A program made the translations under genes and the position numbers. A stretch of DNA of 64,000 nt from Octopus sinensis (Eukaryota): positions 62,434,001 through 62,498,000 of the forward strand of contig NC_043010.1 in the NCBI RefSeq assembly GCF_006345805.1, read 5' to 3'. Shown here in pieces: positions 60,656 through 64,000 of this stretch. The stretch's first letter is position 1. Each line of letters opens with the position of its first letter. Below the pieces are notes generated by a model. It did no database searches. It saw only the letters and a list, made by a program, of their open reading frames with translations, and was not told where the DNA came from.

Positions 60656-61739
60656 ATACAAAGGGGTAAGACCCATGTGACCCTGAGGTAGCTGATGATG
60701 ACATAGAAGGGTTTCCAGCATTGCAATGGGTTTAGAAGAGATTGCAAAACCTCTGAGTATCTCCTGCAGTTTTTGCAAGGGGCAAAGCGTCTCAGCTATT
60801 TATTTCACCAACCACACACACACGTAGGTGCAGGTGTGGCTGTGTGATAAGAAACTGGTTTCCCAACCACATGGTTCTGGGTTCCATCCCACTGCATGGC
60901 GCCTACAACATGTGTCTTCTGCTATATCCCCAAGTAGACCAGATCCTTGTGAGTGGATTTGGTTGGCAAAAACTGAAAGAAGCCTGTTGTGTATCTATGT
61001 GTGTGTGTGTCTCCTTGTCTTGACTTCCTATAATAGTTGTAAAATGATTGTCACTGACATACAAAGCTGTGTCATTCATTTCCAATAGCCCGTGAGAAAC
61101 AGGTGAGGGTTGGCAACAGGAAGGGCTTCTGGCCACAGAAAAATCTGCCTCAACAAACTCTATATTCCCTATGCAAGCATGGAAGGAAAGTGGATGCTGA
61201 AGTGATGATGATGATGATATCAATCTCTCTCTCTCTCTCTATCTCTATACAGATATATATATAAGTGCCTGTATATCATCATCACCATCATCATTTAATG
61301 TCCGTATTCCATGCTGGCATGGATTGAACAGTTTGACAGATGGCCAGCTGAAGAACTTCTCAGACTCCATGTCTGTTTTGGCATGGTTTCCAAGGCCAGA
61401 TACCCAATATATATACTCGAGCCAACCAAAGCCTTGTGAGTGGATTTGGTAGATGGAAACTGAAAGAAGTCTGTTGTATATATGTATTTGTATGTGTTTG
61501 TATATGTTTGGGTGTCCGTGTTTGTTCCCCCCCCCCCGCCCAACATTGCTTGACATCTGATGCCGGTGTGTTTAGGTCCCTGTAACTTAGTGGTTCGGCA
61601 AAAGAGACTGATAGAATAAGTACTGGGTTTACAAAGAATAAGTCCTGGGGTCGATTTGCTCGACTAAATGCTCCAGCATGGCCACAGTCAAATGATTGAA
61701 ACAAGTAAAAGAGTATATATATATGTATACACACACACA

Positions 61740-62705
61740 CAGAGGGTTGTTCAAAAAGAATGATCCAATTTCATTACACAATATTTTAATAAGGAAACGG
61801 AATAGAAAACTCCAACAAAGTCCCAAGTATTCACTCACAATCAACTTTTATTTCCTGTCTTACAAGTGTTCAGTGTGGCCATCACCGGCAGCACAGGCAA
61901 CATCAATGCGATAAGAGAATTCCTCCCAGACATATATCTGCTTGGCCTGCGAGATCCCCAGACCTCGCCGTGTGTGATTTTTTTCCTTGTGGGGATATGG
62001 AAAAGATTGTATTTATGTTCCACCGCTACCCATTAACCTCAATGACCTTAAACATCGAATAACAACAGCGATCATCTCAGTGGATGGTGATATGCTGATA
62101 CACGCAGCTGGGAGGAATTCTCTTATCGCATTGATGTTGTCCGTGCTGCAGGTGGTGGCCACATTGGACACTTGTAAGACAGGAAATATAAAAGGTGATT
62201 GTGAGTAAATACTTGTGACTCAGCTGGGGTTTTCTATTGCTTTTCCTTACTCTTTACTCGTTTCAGTCATTTGACTGCGGCCATGCTGGAGCACCGCCTT
62301 TTAATCGGCAAATCGACCCCGGGACTTATTCTTTTGTAAGCCCAGTACTTATTCTATCGGTCTCTTTTGCCGAACCGCTAAGTAACGGGGACATAAACAC
62401 ACCAGCATCGGTTGTCAAGCAATGCTAGGGGGACAAACACAGACACACAAACACACACGCACGCATATATATATATGTACATATATACGACGGGCTTCTT
62501 TCAGTTTCCGTCTACCAAATCCACTCAAAAGGCTTTGGTCGGCCCGAGGCTATAGTAGAAGACACTTGCCCAAGGTGCCACGCAGTGGGACTGAACCCGG
62601 AACCATGTGGTTGGTAAATAAGCTACTTACCACACACCCACTCCTGCGCCTTACTAAAATATTGCGTAATGAAACCGGTTCATTCTGTACAATAATCACC
62701 TCAAT
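61740..62705 (+). mobile_element. Deleted Tc1/mariner-superfamily element with long (about 190 bp) TIRs, rosa/DD41D-like, right TIR split by a SINE-A
   Basis: Remnant WPARSPDLA..DFFLWGYGKDCIYVPPLPINLNDLKHRITTAI...RIDVVRAAGGGHIGHL*. 61820-61929 is the reverse complement of 62108-62220, and the TIR resumes after 62650. Confidence 0.75.
62250..62650 (-). mobile_element. Full-length, young (CpG-intact) SINE family A
   Basis: Near-consensus reverse complement of 7456-7860; possible TSD ccttact at 62245 and 62649. Confidence 0.9.
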
Positions 62706-62816
62706 GAAAGAACCGACTGGTGAGATTGTTGAAATGCTGGAGTGATGGTGGGTAGACATGTGCTGAGTGCAACAAGATGGACAGGAGCAGCCTCTAGATT
62801 CCTCAGTCAAGTCACT

Positions 62817-63298
62817 CTAACCCCTTTCGTTACCGTATTTATGTTGAGATGCTCTGTGTTTCTTTCCAGTAATTTTAAATATAACAAAGAATTTAGTAAA
62901 ATAACTTAGTTATCATTCAGCTAGTGTTAGGAACATAAACTGTGACTAAGGTTTGGTGGAAGATTCTAATTCAAAACTTATGAAAACAAGACATTTGTAC
63001 TCAGAGCCAGAACCTGTTTCAGCCAGGTTGGTATCAAAAGGGTTAAGAATTGTTTTTCTATTATATATTTTAACCCTTTTCTTACCATATTTCTGTTGAG
63101 ATGCTCTGCGTTTCTTTCAATTAATTTTAAATATAACAAAGAATTTAGTAAAATAACTTGGTTATCATTCAGCTAGTGTTAGGAGCATAAACTGTGACTA
63201 AGGTTTGGTGCAAGATTTTAATTCAAAACTTATGAAAACAAGACATTTGTACTCAGAGCCAGAGCTGGTTTCAGCCAGGTTGGTAACAAAAGGGTTAA
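62817..63298 (+). mobile_element. Tandem dimer of TTAA MITE M1
   Basis: Two units of about 220 bp with CCCTTT...AAAGGG TIRs and TTAA junctions; linker ttgtttttctattatatattttaa. Confidence 0.85.
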
Positions 63299-63512
63299 AT
63301 GCTGCTGGTAACATGTAATACAGTACCACCTGTTGCATGGTTGGGCCATCCACAACTTATCCAGCAACACCACCAAGCCTACTTAGTGAGTAAGATGGTT
63401 CTTAGATGTAGAACTGACACTAAACTTTGCGGGATGGAAAACTAGACCAGTCAAAGGGAGGATAAACTCAGAAGAGTCAATGGCCATCCAAATCCATGAT
63501 ACGTGTGTGTAT

Positions 63513-63885
63513 AGGCATAGGCTTGGCTATGTGGTAAGAAGCTTGCTTCTCAACCACATGGTTCTGGGTTCAGTCCCACTGCACGGCAACTTAGGCAAGT
63601 GTCTTCTACTATAGTCTTGGGCAGTCCAAAGCCGTGTGAGTGGATTTGGTAGACGGAAACTGAAAGAAGTCCATCGTATGTGTGTGTGTGTGTGTGCGTG
63701 TGTGTGTGTGTTTGTCCTTCCCCCCAACATTGCTTGACAACCGATGGTGGTGTGTTTACATTCCTGTAACTTTACGCTTCAGAAAAAGAGATTGATAGAA
63801 TAAATACCAGGCTTACAAAGAATAAATCCGATGGGGTGGGAGCGATTTGCTTGACCAAAAGCAGTGCTCCTGCATGGCTGCAAGT
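63513..63885 (+). mobile_element. SINE family A
   Basis: Head, core, (TG)n and tail match 7456-7860. Confidence 0.85.
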
Positions 63886-64000
63886 ATGACCTGGTAACAT
63901 AAGCTGTTTTCGTTGTTTTAGGTGCCTATGTGGTTGCATAGCTAGGTATGATAACATAGGGTCTGCAATAATGTAAAACCATGATAGCATTGTGTGTTGG

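Overview
This is eukaryotic, AT-rich, microsatellite-dense DNA, most likely from an octopus or other coleoid cephalopod. That assignment is inferred from the repeat families and gene type, not from a search. I can support two protein-coding regions, both minus-strand C2H2 zinc-finger genes with the whole CDS in one exon: ZNF-A (11140-12135, 1+3 fingers) and ZNF-B (55930-57378, polyQ plus 9 fingers). Between them lies a CpG-retaining, SINE-poor domain (about 28.8-39.6 kb) that probably holds the promoter(s) and non-coding 5' exons of ZNF-A. The rest is mostly transposon debris: tRNA-derived SINE families, RTE, CR1-like and HERO-like LINE remnants, three Tc1/mariner-superfamily relics, TTAA-flanked MITEs and a small Helitron. 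The most interesting observations are: (1) a short element joining a tRNA-like Pol III head to a Penelope-type minimal hammerhead ribozyme motif, in two copies with different lesions; (2) many long near-perfect hairpins (65-130 bp arms), one in the putative ZNF-A 3' UTR, plus a 19-bp perfect stem inside a uORF just before the ZNF-B start codon; (3) a strict two-finger alternation of recognition residues in ZNF-B. None of these is shown to be novel or functional without database searches and RNA data. Repeat boundaries were read by eye and are approximate.
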